Positions 35,785-46,147 of a stretch of DNA of 64,000 bases are shown in pieces. The position numbers were made by a program, and so were the translations under genes. The notes below the pieces were generated by a model. The model was given only the letters and a program-made list of their open reading frames with translations, ran no database searches and was not told where the DNA came from. The DNA is from Vicinamibacteria bacterium (GTDB lineage Bacteria > Acidobacteriota > Vicinamibacteria > Vicinamibacterales > JAENWD01), in assembly GCA_963806705.1 (NCBI GenBank), contig CAWDZE010000014.1, positions 93,054-157,053 of the forward strand. The letters run 5' to 3'. Position 1 is the first letter of the stretch. Each line of letters opens with the position of its first letter.

Positions 35785-37236
35785 ATGGCCACCAAGATCA
35801 ATATCCCCACGCCCCTTCGGCCCTTCACCGGCAAGCAGGACGTCGTCGAAGTCGATGGCGCCACGGTCGGTGAGTTGCTCGGACACCTGACGTCGAGGCA
35901 CGAGGGGTTGAAGAAGCACCTCTATAACGACGAGGGCAAGCTCCGCAGCTTCGTCAACATCTACTTGAACGACGAAGACATCAGGTACCTCGATCGGGAG
36001 AAGACCGCGGTGAAGCCGGGCGACACCCTGAGCATCATCCCGTCGGTCGCCGGCGGCATCGGCGCGGCCGAGGCGCCGCCGGTGACGTTGAACGCCGACG
36101 AGATCAAGCGCTACAGCCGCCACCTGATCCTCCCTGAAGTGGGCATGGAAGGGCAGAAGAAGCTGAAGGCCGCGCGAGTGCTCTGCATCGGCGCGGGCGG
36201 CTTGGGCTCGCCCGTGGCGATGTATCTGGCGGCGGCGGGCGTCGGCACCATCGGCATCGTCGATTTCGACGTCGTCGATTTCAGCAACCTGCAGCGCCAG
36301 ATCCTGCACGGCACGCCCGACGTCGGGCGGCCGAAGCTCCAGTCGGCCTCCGACCGGCTGCAGGCGCTCAACCCGAACGTGAAGATCGAGCTGTACGAGA
36401 CGGCGCTGACATCGGAGAACGCGCTTCAGCTTTTCAAGGACTACGACGTCATCGTCGACGGCACCGACAACTTTCCGACGCGGTACCTGGTCAACGACGC
36501 GTGCGTGATCCTCGGCAAGCCGAACGCTTACGGCAGCATCTTCCGCTTCGAGGGCCAGGCATCCGTCTTTGGCACCAAGGAGGGGCCGTGCTATCGCTGC
36601 CTCTATCCGGAGCCGCCGCCGCCGGGGCTGGTGCCAAGCTGCGCCGAAGGCGGCGTCCTTGGCGTTCTGCCGGGGATCGTCGGCTGCATCCAGGCCAACG
36701 AGACGCTGAAGCTGATTCTCGGCGTCGGCGAGCCGCTGGTGGGCCGGTTCCTGGTGTTCGACGCGCTGCGGATGAAGTTCCGCGAGCTGAAACTGCGCAA
36801 GGATCCGGATTGCCCGGTGTGCGGCACTCACCCCACTGTCACCGCGCTCATCGACTACGAGCAGTTCTGCGGCGTGTCTCCGGCGCAGCAGACGGCGGCC
36901 GAGCCTGCCGGCGGCAGCGCGACCGAGATCACCGCGACGGACCTCAAGGCCCGCATGGATCGGGGCGAGGACGTGTTCGTGCTCGACGTCCGGGAGCCGC
37001 ACGAGTACGAGATCAACCGCATCCCCGGCTCGACGCTGATCCCGCTGGGCGACCTGGCCGAGCGATTCGGCGAGCTCGACGCCAACCGCGAGATCATCAC
37101 GCAGTGCAAGTCCGGCATGCGCAGCGCGCGGGCCGCAAGCTTGCTGCGCGAGCACGGGTTCAAGAACGTGAAGAACCTGAAGGGCGGCGTCCTCGCCTGG
37201 GTCGACCAGGTTGACCCGTCTCAGCCGAAATACTAA
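35785..37236 (+). CDS. fusion of a MoaD/ThiS/CysO-like ubiquitin-fold sulfur carrier (ends ..SVAGG), a MoeB/ThiF E1-like adenylyltransferase and a rhodanese (MoeZ-like)
   Basis: Residues 1-91 ...[12 protein letters not shown]...[16 protein letters not shown] (GG = 36052-36057), then linker [11 protein letters not shown], then [45 protein letters not shown], and rhodanese ..[10 protein letters not shown]. Confidence 0.85.
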   Translation: MATKINIPTPLRPFTGKQDVVEVDGATVGELLGHLTSRHEGLKKHLYNDEGKLRSFVNIYLNDEDIRYLDREKTAVKPGDTLSIIPSVAGGIGAAEAPPVTLNADEIKRYSRHLILPEVGMEGQKKLKAARVLCIGAGGLGSPVAMYLAAAGVGTIGIVDFDVVDFSNLQRQILHGTPDVGRPKLQSASDRLQALNPNVKIELYETALTSENALQLFKDYDVIVDGTDNFPTRYLVNDACVILGKPNAYGSIFRFEGQASVFGTKEGPCYRCLYPEPPPPGLVPSCAEGGVLGVLPGIVGCIQANETLKLILGVGEPLVGRFLVFDALRMKFRELKLRKDPDCPVCGTHPTVTALIDYEQFCGVSPAQQTAAEPAGGSATEITATDLKARMDRGEDVFVLDVREPHEYEINRIPGSTLIPLGDLAERFGELDANREIITQCKSGMRSARAASLLREHGFKNVKNLKGGVLAWVDQVDPSQPKY

Positions 37237-37276
37237 GGTTCACGGGTTCACGGGTTCACAGGTTCACAGGTTCATG
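37237..37276. repeat. five tandem GGTTCACR octamers between the E1 fusion stop and the iscS start
   Basis: GGTTCACG x2, GGTTCACA x2, GGTTCATG (contains ATG 37274). Confidence 0.8.
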
Positions 37277-38494
37277 CCCCTGAAGTTCCCGATCTACATG
37301 GACTACCACGCCAGCACGCCGGTGGACCCGCGTGCGCTGGAGGCCATGCTGCCGTACTTCTCGGTGCATTTCGGCAATGCGGCAAGCCGCACGCACGCTT
37401 TCGGCTGGAAGGCCGACGATGCTGTGGAGGCGGCGCGGCGCCAGGTGGCGGCGCTCATCGGCGCGAGCGCAAAAGAGATCGTCTTCACCAGCGGCGCGAC
37501 CGAGTCGAACAACCTGGCGATCAAGGGGGTCGCCAGTGCGCTGCGGCCCAAGGGCAACCACATCATCACGCTGGAAACCGAGCACAAGGCCGTCCTCGAC
37601 AGCTGCAAGCACATGCAGAAGGACGGCTTCGTCGTCACGACGCTGGGCGTGCGCCCCGACGGCCTCGTGGATCTCGCCGCGCTGCGCGCCGCGATTTCCG
37701 ACAAGACGGTCCTCATCTCGGTGATGGCCGCCAACAACGAGATCGGGGTGCTGCAGCCAGTGCGGGAGATCGGGCTGATGGCACGGGACCGCGGCGTGGT
37801 GTTTCACTGCGACGCCGTGCAGGCGCTGGGCAAGGTGCCGTTTGACGTCAACGAGATCGCCGTCGATCTGGTCTCGATCACCGCGCACAAGATGTACGGG
37901 CCAAAGGGCGTGGGCGCGCTGTACGTGCGCAAGCAGAACCGGAAGCTCGAACTCGAGCCGCTCATCGACGGCGGCGGACACGAGCGCGGCTTGCGCGCGG
38001 GCACATTGAACGTCCCCGGCATCGTCGGCTTCGGCCGCGCCGCGCAGATTGCCAAGTCGGATCTCGAGAGCGAATCGCAACGCCTGCGGGAACTGCGCGA
38101 CCGGTTGCTCCAGCGGCTGCGGGCCCGCGTGCCTGACCTCCACATCAACGGCTCGCTCGAGCATCGCCTGCCCAACAACCTGAACGTGAGCTTCCCTGAC
38201 GTCGCGGGCGAAGCGTTGCTGGTCGGCATCGACGACATCTGCGTGTCGGCCGGGTCGGCCTGTTCGTCGGGCAGCGAAGAGCCGCCCTACGTGCTCAAGG
38301 CGCTTGGACTCGACCCCGATCTGGCCCGCGCTTCGATTCGCTTTGGCCTGGGCCGCTACACCTCGGAAGAAGAAGTGGACTACGCCGCCGGCAAGGTCGC
38401 CGATGTCGTCGAGCAGCTAAGGCAGATGACGGCGGAACGCAACCTGACCCAGCCTGACGCAACCAGGCAGAACCCGGCCGAACCTGTTCAATGA
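37274..38494 (+). CDS. iscS: cysteine desulfurase (IscS/NifS class I)
   Basis: [47 protein letters not shown] (PLP Lys), SAGSACSSG (active-site Cys loop). Confidence 0.9.
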   Translation: MPLKFPIYMDYHASTPVDPRALEAMLPYFSVHFGNAASRTHAFGWKADDAVEAARRQVAALIGASAKEIVFTSGATESNNLAIKGVASALRPKGNHIITLETEHKAVLDSCKHMQKDGFVVTTLGVRPDGLVDLAALRAAISDKTVLISVMAANNEIGVLQPVREIGLMARDRGVVFHCDAVQALGKVPFDVNEIAVDLVSITAHKMYGPKGVGALYVRKQNRKLELEPLIDGGGHERGLRAGTLNVPGIVGFGRAAQIAKSDLESESQRLRELRDRLLQRLRARVPDLHINGSLEHRLPNNLNVSFPDVAGEALLVGIDDICVSAGSACSSGSEEPPYVLKALGLDPDLARASIRFGLGRYTSEEEVDYAAGKVADVVEQLRQMTAERNLTQPDATRQNPAEPVQ

Positions 38495-39351
38495 AGATTC
38501 ACATCGCACACAGTCCCGATTCCGACGACGCGTTCATGTTCTACGGCCTCGCCAGCGGCAACGTGCCCAGCGGCGATTTCGAGCTCGTGCATGTGCTCTC
38601 GGACATCGAGACGCTCAATCGCGCGGCCTTCGAGGGCAAGTACGAGATCTCGGCCGTATCGTTTCACGCCTACGCGCACCTGACCGACAAGTACATCCTG
38701 CTGCCGCATGGCGCCAGCATGGGCGACAACTACGGGCCGATGGTCGTCGTACGCAGGGACTGGTCGCGCCAGAGCCCCGGAGGGGCGGCGGCGGACGGCC
38801 CGACCTCGCTCGATGGCGTCACCGTCGCGATTCCAGGCACGCTGACGACGGCTTTTCTGGCGCTGCGCTTGTACAAGCCGGATGTGAAGTACGTCGTGAT
38901 GCCCTTTGACGAGATCCTCGAGGCGGTGCGCGACGGCAAGGCCGAGGCCGGGCTGTTGATCCACGAAGGCCAGCTCACCTACGAGCACGAAGGCCTGCGC
39001 AAGCTGGTCGACTTCGGCGAGTGGTGGGCCCAGCGCACGGACGGATTGCCGCTGCCGCTTGGCGGCAACATCATCCGCCGTGACCTCGGTCCAGAGCTCA
39101 TCACGCGCCTGTCGCGTCTGCTCCACGACAGCATCGCGTACGGCCTCACGCACCGATCCGACGCCGTGACCCACGCGATGCAGTACGGCCGCGGGCTGGA
39201 CCGCAAGGAGACCGACACGTTTGTCGGGATGTACGTCAACGACCTCACGCTCGACTACGGGGAGCGTGGACGGACCGCCGTGCTGCGGCTGCTTGGGGAG
39301 GCGTCGGAGAAAGGCTTGATTCCGCCGGTTGACGTGGTGTTCGCGGATTAG
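38491..39351 (+). CDS. MqnA/MqnD-family (PF02621) menaquinone-via-futalosine protein
   Basis: [20 protein letters not shown]...; periplasmic-binding-protein-like fold family; ATGA overlap with iscS. Confidence 0.65.
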   Translation: MKIHIAHSPDSDDAFMFYGLASGNVPSGDFELVHVLSDIETLNRAAFEGKYEISAVSFHAYAHLTDKYILLPHGASMGDNYGPMVVVRRDWSRQSPGGAAADGPTSLDGVTVAIPGTLTTAFLALRLYKPDVKYVVMPFDEILEAVRDGKAEAGLLIHEGQLTYEHEGLRKLVDFGEWWAQRTDGLPLPLGGNIIRRDLGPELITRLSRLLHDSIAYGLTHRSDAVTHAMQYGRGLDRKETDTFVGMYVNDLTLDYGERGRTAVLRLLGEASEKGLIPPVDVVFAD

Positions 39352-39383
39352 AGAAACTTCATGGCCTTCGCGGCCGCAATCAC

Positions 39384-40161
39384 CTACACCGCTCGCCCGA
39401 TGCAATCGTGCAGGCGCCGCACCCCTTCGGTCAACGAAGCCGGACCGGGCTGAAGGATGTAGACGGATTTGATCTCGTAGACGTGCCCGTGGCGCACGGC
39501 GTCAATCGCGTCCCATCCGGGCCGGCCGGTGATCCTCGCGCGCTTTACCGCCTTTCCACACCACGACGCGACGACGACCTCCGGATCGCGCCTGATCACC
39601 TCCGCGGGATCGACGATGCGGTCTTTCGCGAGCGCCGCGCCTGAAAGCTCCGGGAAGATGGGCGCGCCGCCGGCGATCTCGGCGAGCTCCTCGACCCACC
39701 GGATCCCTGAGATCAACGGGTCGTCCCATTCCTCGAAGTAGACGCGGGGTCGCCGCGGCCATGCCGCCGACGCCGCGCGAATCGACTCGAGGCCGAGTCG
39801 CAGTTGCTCCACCAGCTGCCGCGCGCGGTCTGCTCGGCCAACGATGCCGCCGACGACGAGAATCATCTGCAGGATCTCGTCCACCGACCGCTGGTTGAAC
39901 GTGAACACGGGATAGCCACGACGGACCAGCTCGGCGGCGATGTCGGCCTGCAGGTCGGAGAACGCGAAGATCAGAATCGGGCCGCAGGGCCTCGATCTTG
40001 TCGAAGTTGGCGTTGATGAAGGCCGACACGCGCGGCTTCTTCCGCGCCTCCGGCGGCCGGACCGTGTAACCCGAGACGCCCACCACGCGGTCGCCCTCGC
40101 CGAGCAGGTAGAGCGTCTCGGTGGTCTCTTCGGTGAGGCAGATGATGCGGGACGGGTACAT
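39384..40161 (-). pseudogene. BtuF/FhuD-fold binding protein without a signal peptide; GATC read as GAATC at 39974-39978 as assembled
   Basis: MYPSRIICLTEETTETLYLLGEGDRVVGVSGY...FDKIEALRPD|LIFAFSDLQADIAAELVRRGYPVFTFNQRS... after dropping A 39975. Confidence 0.7.
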
Positions 40162-40193
40162 CGAGGCTCACAATTGCAATGGCGCGGCCCGCG

Positions 40194-41036
40194 CTAGAAA
40201 GCCCCCGGATGCAGCGCCTTCGCGAGGCGGCGCGTCGCGGCAGCGACGCGGGGACCGGCCGTCACCAGGTCCGTGCCGGTCAGCACGACTACGCGGTTGG
40301 CACGCACGGCAGGCAGCGCCGGCAACGCCTGCCAGGCGGTCAGGTCGACGGGGCCGTCGGCCTCGACGTGCAGCTCGATGATCACCTCTGGCGCGACGGC
40401 GAGCAGTGTCTCGCTGCTGGCTTGCACGGACTCGCGCTTCTCGGCGGCGAAGACGTTCACCGCTCCCGCGACGTCGAGCATGTCGTGCAGGAATCCCACA
40501 CCGCCGCTGGCGTACAGGTTGCGAAGTGTTCCCGGCTCGCGGCCGAACACGAGCAGCGTTGCTGGCCGGCTGCGTCCGTTGACGCGCGCGCGGATGTCCG
40601 CCAGGTCGCGCTCGATCCCGCCTGCCACGTCATTGGCCCGCGCCGCGGTTCCCGTCCGATCGCCCAGCGCGCGGATCGTCGACGTCACTTCGGCCAACCC
40701 GCCGTGCTTGTACGAGAAGGCCGGAATCGCCGCCCGCGAAAGCTGTTGCTGCAGATCGTGCTGCGTGCCGTACACCACGACCAGGTCGGGCTGCAGGCCC
40801 AGAATGCGCTCGAGGTCGGGATCGAGCAGCGCGCCCACGCGCGGCAGCAGGTCGACTTCCGGAGGCTCGTGGTCGTAGCTGCTCACGGCGACCACGCGGG
40901 GCCCGGCGCCAATGGCATAGAGCATCTCGGTCGCCGCCGGCACGAGCGAGATGATGCGAGAGGGCAGCGTCTGTGCCGATGGAGCCCCCACGAGCCACAA
41001 GAGCCCGCACGCCGCCAGAATCAGCCGACGTGGCAT
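40194..41036 (-). CDS. periplasmic cobalamin/siderophore-binding protein (BtuF-like)
   Basis: Signal MPRRLILAACGLLWLVGAPSA. RIISLVPAATEMLYAIGAGPRVVAVS, LQPDLVVVY. Confidence 0.75.
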   Translation of the reverse strand: MPRRLILAACGLLWLVGAPSAQTLPSRIISLVPAATEMLYAIGAGPRVVAVSSYDHEPPEVDLLPRVGALLDPDLERILGLQPDLVVVYGTQHDLQQQLSRAAIPAFSYKHGGLAEVTSTIRALGDRTGTAARANDVAGGIERDLADIRARVNGRSRPATLLVFGREPGTLRNLYASGGVGFLHDMLDVAGAVNVFAAEKRESVQASSETLLAVAPEVIIELHVEADGPVDLTAWQALPALPAVRANRVVVLTGTDLVTAGPRVAAATRRLAKALHPGAF

Positions 41037-41074
41037 CGTGACGTTCGTGAGGTCCTTCGTGACCTTCGTGATTG
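41036..41074. repeat. four TCGTGA units at 9/12/9-nt spacing in the btuC-like/btuF-like spacer
   Basis: TCGTGACGT TCGTGAGGTCCT TCGTGACCT TCGTGATTG. Confidence 0.5.
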
Positions 41075-41088
41075 TGTATATGTCCACG

Positions 41089-42141
41089 TCAGGCACTCCG
41101 AATCAACAGCCACAGGAAGAACGGCCCCCCGATGAGCGCCGTGACGATGCCGACCGGCAACTCGATGGGCGCAATCACGGTGCGCGACACCAGGTCGCAG
41201 GCCACGAGAAACGCCGCGCCGAAGCCGAGCGAGGCGGGGACCACGAGCCGGTGATCGGCGCCGACGAGCAGCCGCACCAGGTGCGGGACGACGATGCCGA
41301 CAAAGCCGATGGGCCCTCCGATGGACACCGCGGCGCCCGTGGCAAGCGACGCGCTGAAAAACGCGAGGCGCTGCACCCGCAGCACGTCCACGCCCCGGCT
41401 GGCAGCGTGGTCGTCGCCAAGCGCCAGCACGTTCAGTGCCCGCGGCAACCACAGGAAAATGCCGCACGCCACAACCAGCATCGGCAGCGCCGCGATCAGT
41501 GGCTCGTAGCTGGCGACGTCCAAATCACCCAGCAGCCACCGCAACGTCTGCATCGCGCGCGTCATGTCGGCGAAGTACTGCACCAGCAGAATCAGCGCGG
41601 AGAGCAACGAGTTGAGCGTCACCCCGGCCAGAAGCAGCACCGTCGTCGAAAAGCCCCGATGACGGGCCGCCGCGAGCAGGTACACGACCACGACCGCGCC
41701 AACGGCGCCCAGGAAGCTGGCCAGCGGGACCGTGGCCCACGCCGCGGCCGCCAGCGCGCCGCCGAATGTCAGCACGAGCATCGCGCCGAGCGCGGCGCCG
41801 GCAGAGATGCCCAGCGTGAAGGGCGTCGCCAGCGGATTGCGGAGCAACGCTTGAAAGACGACACCTGCCGAAGCCAGCGCGCCGCCGACCAGCGCCGCCG
41901 CCAGCACGCGGGGCAGTCGCGCGATGAAGAAGACCTGGGCGTCGACGTTGGTGGCCCAGGGCTGCGACCAGTCGAAGGCGCGCGTGAGGCTGATCGAGGT
42001 GCTGCCGAGGAGCGGCGCAAGCACGCACGACGCGATCGCCACGGCGAACGCGCCGATGGACACCGCGACCACGCGGGCGCGAACGGAACGGATGGGGACG
42101 GGGTGGGCTGGTTGCAAACCAGCCCCTGCGCCGGTGGTCAT
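41089..42141 (-). CDS. FecCD/BtuC-family ABC permease
   Basis: About 350 aa, polytopic. ...GISAGAALGAMLV..., ...GPIGFVGIVVPHLVRLLVGADHR... ATGA overlap with the ATPase gene stop. Confidence 0.85.
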   Translation of the reverse strand: MTTGAGAGLQPAHPVPIRSVRARVVAVSIGAFAVAIASCVLAPLLGSTSISLTRAFDWSQPWATNVDAQVFFIARLPRVLAAALVGGALASAGVVFQALLRNPLATPFTLGISAGAALGAMLVLTFGGALAAAAWATVPLASFLGAVGAVVVVYLLAAARHRGFSTTVLLLAGVTLNSLLSALILLVQYFADMTRAMQTLRWLLGDLDVASYEPLIAALPMLVVACGIFLWLPRALNVLALGDDHAASRGVDVLRVQRLAFFSASLATGAAVSIGGPIGFVGIVVPHLVRLLVGADHRLVVPASLGFGAAFLVACDLVSRTVIAPIELPVGIVTALIGGPFFLWLLIRSA

Positions 42142-42944
42142 GGCCGACCCCTGCGCACCGGCACCACCACGAGATGGCCGGCTGCGTCGTGGAACCGCAC
42201 GTCGGCGTGGATGCCGTACAGCTGCGCGACGGCGTCGGGTGTCAGGACGTCGGAGGTGGCGCCGGCCGCCACGATCTCGCCGTCGCGCAGCAGCACGAGC
42301 GTTTCGCACACCGAGGCCGCCAGGTTGAGGTCGTGTGTCGACAGCACCAGGCCGATTCCGCGTTGCCGATGCAGCGCCCGGAGCAGCTCCGCGATCTCCA
42401 GCTGGTAGCCGGGATCGAGCGACGCCGTCGGCTCATCGAGCAAGAGCAGCCCGGCTTGCTGTGCCAGGGCCGACGCGATGACCACGCGCTGCTGCTCGCC
42501 GCCGCTCAGCGTCGAGAACAGCCGCGTCGCAAACGCGTCGGTGCCCGTCGCCGCCAAAGCCTCGTGCGCGATGGCGAGGTCGGCATGGCTTTCCACCTCG
42601 AACGCGCCCAGGTGCGGGTAACGGCCCATGAGCGCCAGTTCGAGCACGGTGTAGTCGAATGCCGGATGGGTGTTCTGCGGGACCATCGCGATCCGCCGGG
42701 CCACCGCGCGCCGCGGCATCTGCGAAAGCGCAGTGCCGTCGAGCGTCACCGATCCGCTGGTTGGCGCAAGCACGCCCGCGAGCAGCTTGAGCAGCGTGGT
42801 CTTTCCGGAACCATTTGGCCCGATGACACCGAGGCGGGCGCCTGAGGCGACGTCGAGCGAGACATCGCGAACCACGGGACGGCCCGGAGGCGACCAGGCC
42901 CGTGGCGCGTAGGCAAACGAGAGGTTACGGGCGGAGATCAACAC
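42138..42944 (-). CDS. ABC transporter ATP-binding protein (BtuD/FecE-like)
   Basis: GVIGPNGSGKTTLLKLLAG, LSGGEQQRVVIASAL, LLLLDEPTASLD. Confidence 0.9.
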   Translation of the reverse strand: MLISARNLSFAYAPRAWSPPGRPVVRDVSLDVASGARLGVIGPNGSGKTTLLKLLAGVLAPTSGSVTLDGTALSQMPRRAVARRIAMVPQNTHPAFDYTVLELALMGRYPHLGAFEVESHADLAIAHEALAATGTDAFATRLFSTLSGGEQQRVVIASALAQQAGLLLLDEPTASLDPGYQLEIAELLRALHRQRGIGLVLSTHDLNLAASVCETLVLLRDGEIVAAGATSDVLTPDAVAQLYGIHADVRFHDAAGHLVVVPVRRGRP

Positions 42945-45166
42945 GGAGGCCGACCATGCCCAGGCGGCCCGGTGCCGGGTAGCCGAAGGCTTCCTCGGTA
43001 CTGGCGATCGAGAAGGTTCAAGCCGCGGCCGAAGATCTCCACGTGTGGCGTGACGCGCCAGCTGGCGCCGGCATCGACCAACGTGAAGCCCGCGGCGGTG
43101 AACAGACCCCCGAAGGCGCCGAAGGACGGCTCGATGTCGAGCACCTCACCCCGGGCGCGAACCGTCGTGAAGGCGGAAAACGCCGATCGGGTCCATCCCA
43201 GGTCGACGGCACCCTGGTTGCGGGGACGGCGAATCAGCGGATCGCCCACCGTGAAGGGCGGCGGCGCGACGCCGGATTGGTCCACCGCGAGAATCTCCGT
43301 CGACATCCATGTGTAGGCGAGCCGCGCATGCACGCCGTGAGGTCCGCGCCAGACGCTTTCGAGCTCGAGCCCGCGCGCGCGCGCGTTGGAGATGTTGTCG
43401 GTGCGGTAGCGGCTGGCACCCGCAATCGAGGCGCCGACGGCGACGATCAGATCGTCGTATCGATTGAAGAAGGCCGTGGCCTCCACTGTCAGCTGAGGCA
43501 GCAGGACGTGGCTGACGCCGACGTCGGCGCTGCGGCTGCGTTCAGGTTCCAGGCTCGGGTTGTCGGTGAACGCGAGCTCGAAAGCGTCGGGCGGCCGGAT
43601 GCCAGTGCCAAAGCTGGCACGCACGGTTGTGCGCGCCACACCGCCGCCGTCCTGCCACGCGACCAGGCGTCCAGCCAGTCGCGGGTTCACCGAGGTCACC
43701 GACTCGTCGTCAAACGCCGGTCGCGGAGCGAAGTCGTTCGGGTCGCCCTCGAGCGCGTTGCGGCGGATGGCGTCGGCGCGCAGCCCGGCGCTGAAGCTGG
43801 CACGCGCGCCCAGATCCTGGCGGACCTCCGCGAAGCCGCCAAAGTTGCTGCGCTCGATCGGCACTTCCTGAAACCGCTCGCCGGTGATGTACGTGCTGCG
43901 CGCGCGCTCGCCCTGGCCTTCGACGCCTGCGGTGAGGCCCGTCGTCGGTGTCAGCACGACGTCGGTCTGCGTGCGGAACGTGACGCGGCGGGTCTCGAAG
44001 AACGAGTCGCCGAAGCCGCTGTGATACCGGTTGTCCAGATCGGCCACCGTGACCTGCCAGCGCTGCTGAACGCGGCCCGCGAGCAGCGATCCCCACGGCA
44101 GACGTCCGTGCACGCCAAGCTGCCGCTGCGTGTCTTCGCCGCGCGACACGCGATCGACCGCCGTGTAGGCGCCGATCGGGTTGCTGCCGTAGGGCCCGGG
44201 ATTGCCGCGCTCGGCGTCGATCCACCGGAAGTCCGCGCGCACTGCCGTCATCGCGCTCCTGGTCCACTCGAGGTGCCCCTGTGCCAGCGACTGCTCCCAG
44301 GCGTCGTTTGACACTGTCTCGCCGGTGGCTGGGGCGATGCCCGTGAAGCCGTCGCTCTGGTTCCGCTCGCCGCTGGCGCCAAACGACCACGTCCCGACAG
44401 TGCCGCGAGTCGCGCCGATCGCGCGCAGCGTCGCCTCTCCGCCGCCTTCGATCTGCCCCGAGACCGTCGGCCGGCCGCCCTGCTTCGTGGTCAGGTGCAC
44501 GACGCCGCCGATCGCGTCGGCGCCGAAGACCGCGCTTTGCGGGCCGCGGACGATCTCGACCTGGTCGACATCGCCGAGCGGCAGCAGGCTGAAGTCGAAG
44601 CCGCCGCCGAAGCTGTTGACGCGAATGCCGTCGACCATCACCAGCGTGTAGTCCGATTCGCCGCCGCGCGGGAAGACCGAGGTCAGCGCGCCACGGCCGC
44701 CGTTGCGGCCAACGGCAAAGCCGGGCGTCGTCCGCAGGGCGTCCGCGACGTTTTCCAGTTGCCGTCCCTCGAGCTCGTCGGAGGCCACCACCGTGGTCGA
44801 CGCGGGCGACTCAGAGCGGGGAAGTGGCACGGGAGCCGCGGAGACGACCACCGCTTCGGAGTATGGCGCGACGTGCAGCTGCAGTTCGAGCGGCGCCGTG
44901 CCGGCACCCGTGCGGACGGTCCGCGCCGGCGCGGCAAACCCGGGCGATTCGACCAGCACGCGGTAGCTCGCGTCGGCCAGGTCGACCACGGTGAATCGGC
45001 CCTCGGCATCGGTGGTCGTCGTGCGCACGCCCATGGGGCCATCGATCAGGACTGTAGCGCCGGGGACGGGCCGCCCGGACGGGTCGAGGACACGGCCGCT
45101 CAGCGATCCGGCATCAGCAGGCGGAGCAAGAGCAAGAACGAGGGCAAGGAAAATGGGCAGAGCCAT
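42925..45166 (-). pseudogene. TonB-dependent receptor with N-terminal CarboxypepD_reg domain (BtuB-like role); 1-nt insertion at GTAC 42998-43001 as assembled
   Basis: Signal MALPIFLALVLALAPPADA. SGRVLDPSGRPVPGATVLI. Plug ...DVDQVEIVRGPQSAVFGADAIGGVVHL. Dropping G 42997 restores ...NLLDRQYEEAFGYPAPGRLGMVGLRVDLRP ending at 42925. Confidence 0.85.
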
Positions 45167-45194
45167 CTTCACTCCTTTCGGCGTGCGATCGCGC

Positions 45195-45395
45195 CGAGGG
45201 AACGTGACGGCCCAGCGAACCAGGTCTCCTGACTTGCGGATCGTCGCGCAGCGCCCGCGCCTTCCCATGCCGTGCGGCACAGTGGCGGACCCCTGGGGTC
45301 GAGTAAAGGCGTGCGCTCCCCGTTTACAGTGGCGGCACCGTGTGGGTCTTCCACCCATCTTCGCTCAGTGCGCCGGGCAAGCGTCGGTTGTAACC
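45195..45395 (-). promoter_or_regulatory. cobalamin (B12) riboswitch
   Basis: The minus strand reads ...GGTGGAAGACCCACACGGTGCCGCCACTGTAA...CCGCCACTGTGCCGCACGGCATGGGAAGGC...GCAAGTCAGGAGACCTGG (B12 box, forward 45220-45237). It lies in the 5' leader of the TonB receptor. TATACT (reverse complement of 45400-45405) is a possible -10. Confidence 0.8.
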
Positions 45396-45516
45396 GCGAA
45401 GTATAGCATGGCAGGATAAGGCGGCCCGGGCGCGCTCCGGCGGCCGATTCCGGGCCGCGGACTCTGGACTTCCGGCCCGAATTCGCGTATTCCAGTGGGC
45501 TGACGTCTTGGCACGT

Positions 45517-45544
45517 CCCGAGCCCCGAGGCCCGAGGTCTGGAG
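45517..45544. repeat. tandem heptamers CCCGAGC CCCGAGG CCCGAGG TCTGGAG
   Basis: Direct reading. Same family as the array at 2281-2304. Confidence 0.65.
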
Positions 45545-45642
45545 CCTGTATTTGCGAGCCCAGTCGGGCTTGGCGTAAGATCAGCGTTTGTGCTGAGCCA
45601 CGGGATTTTTCCGCCCGCGGACCTGCAGCGTACGAGGAGAGC

Positions 45643-46146
45643 ATGAGCAAGTCTTCGACCGTCACCGTCCGCGAGACCCCCGTTGCGCCGGTGGCCACCG
45701 CGTCGGTCGGCAGTCTGACGATTCATGGCGAGACGTTCCTGATCGAAACCGACCAGCGCGTGGAGTTGGTGGACCTGACCAACCGGATCATGGACTTCGC
45801 CCGGAAGTTCAATATCCGCGAGGGTCTGGTCAGCCTCTGGTCCATGCACACGACGTGCGCCGTGTTCATCAACGAGTTCCAGACGGCGCTGCTGACCGAC
45901 ATCAAGGCGTTCCTCGAGAAGATGGTCGCGCGCGACGAGGAATGGCTGCACAACAACCCCGATCACTCCGACTGCGATCGCATGAACGCCGACGCGCACC
46001 TGCGCGCGCTGCTGCTGGGTCACAGCCTCACGCTCCAGATCAGCGGCGGGGAAGTGGTGCTGGGGCAGTGGCAGCGGATCCTGATGGCCGAACTCGACGG
46101 CCCGCGGGCACGGACGTTACGCATACAGATCTTCGGAATTTCCTGA
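45643..46146 (+). CDS. YjbQ/UPF0047 family protein (secondary thiamine-phosphate synthase-like)
   Basis: ...LVSLWSMHTTCAVFINE...DADAHLRALLLGHSLTLQISGGEVVLGQWQRI... ATG 45643 follows AGGAGA. Confidence 0.75.
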   Translation: MSKSSTVTVRETPVAPVATASVGSLTIHGETFLIETDQRVELVDLTNRIMDFARKFNIREGLVSLWSMHTTCAVFINEFQTALLTDIKAFLEKMVARDEEWLHNNPDHSDCDRMNADAHLRALLLGHSLTLQISGGEVVLGQWQRILMAELDGPRARTLRIQIFGIS

Positions 46147-46147
46147 C

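Noticed and set aside
36040-36100. Possibility that the Ubl-E1 fusion is an assembly artefact hiding a stop codon after GG.
   Set aside because: No stop follows GG in any nearby frame and no GTAC/GATC hot spot is present, so the artefact explanation is not supported. The fusion is kept as a finding.
45508-45523. TTGGCACG upstream of the yjbQ-like gene considered as a sigma54 -24 element.
   Set aside because: The -12 position reads GAGC, not TTGC, so it fails the GG-N10-GC spacing test.
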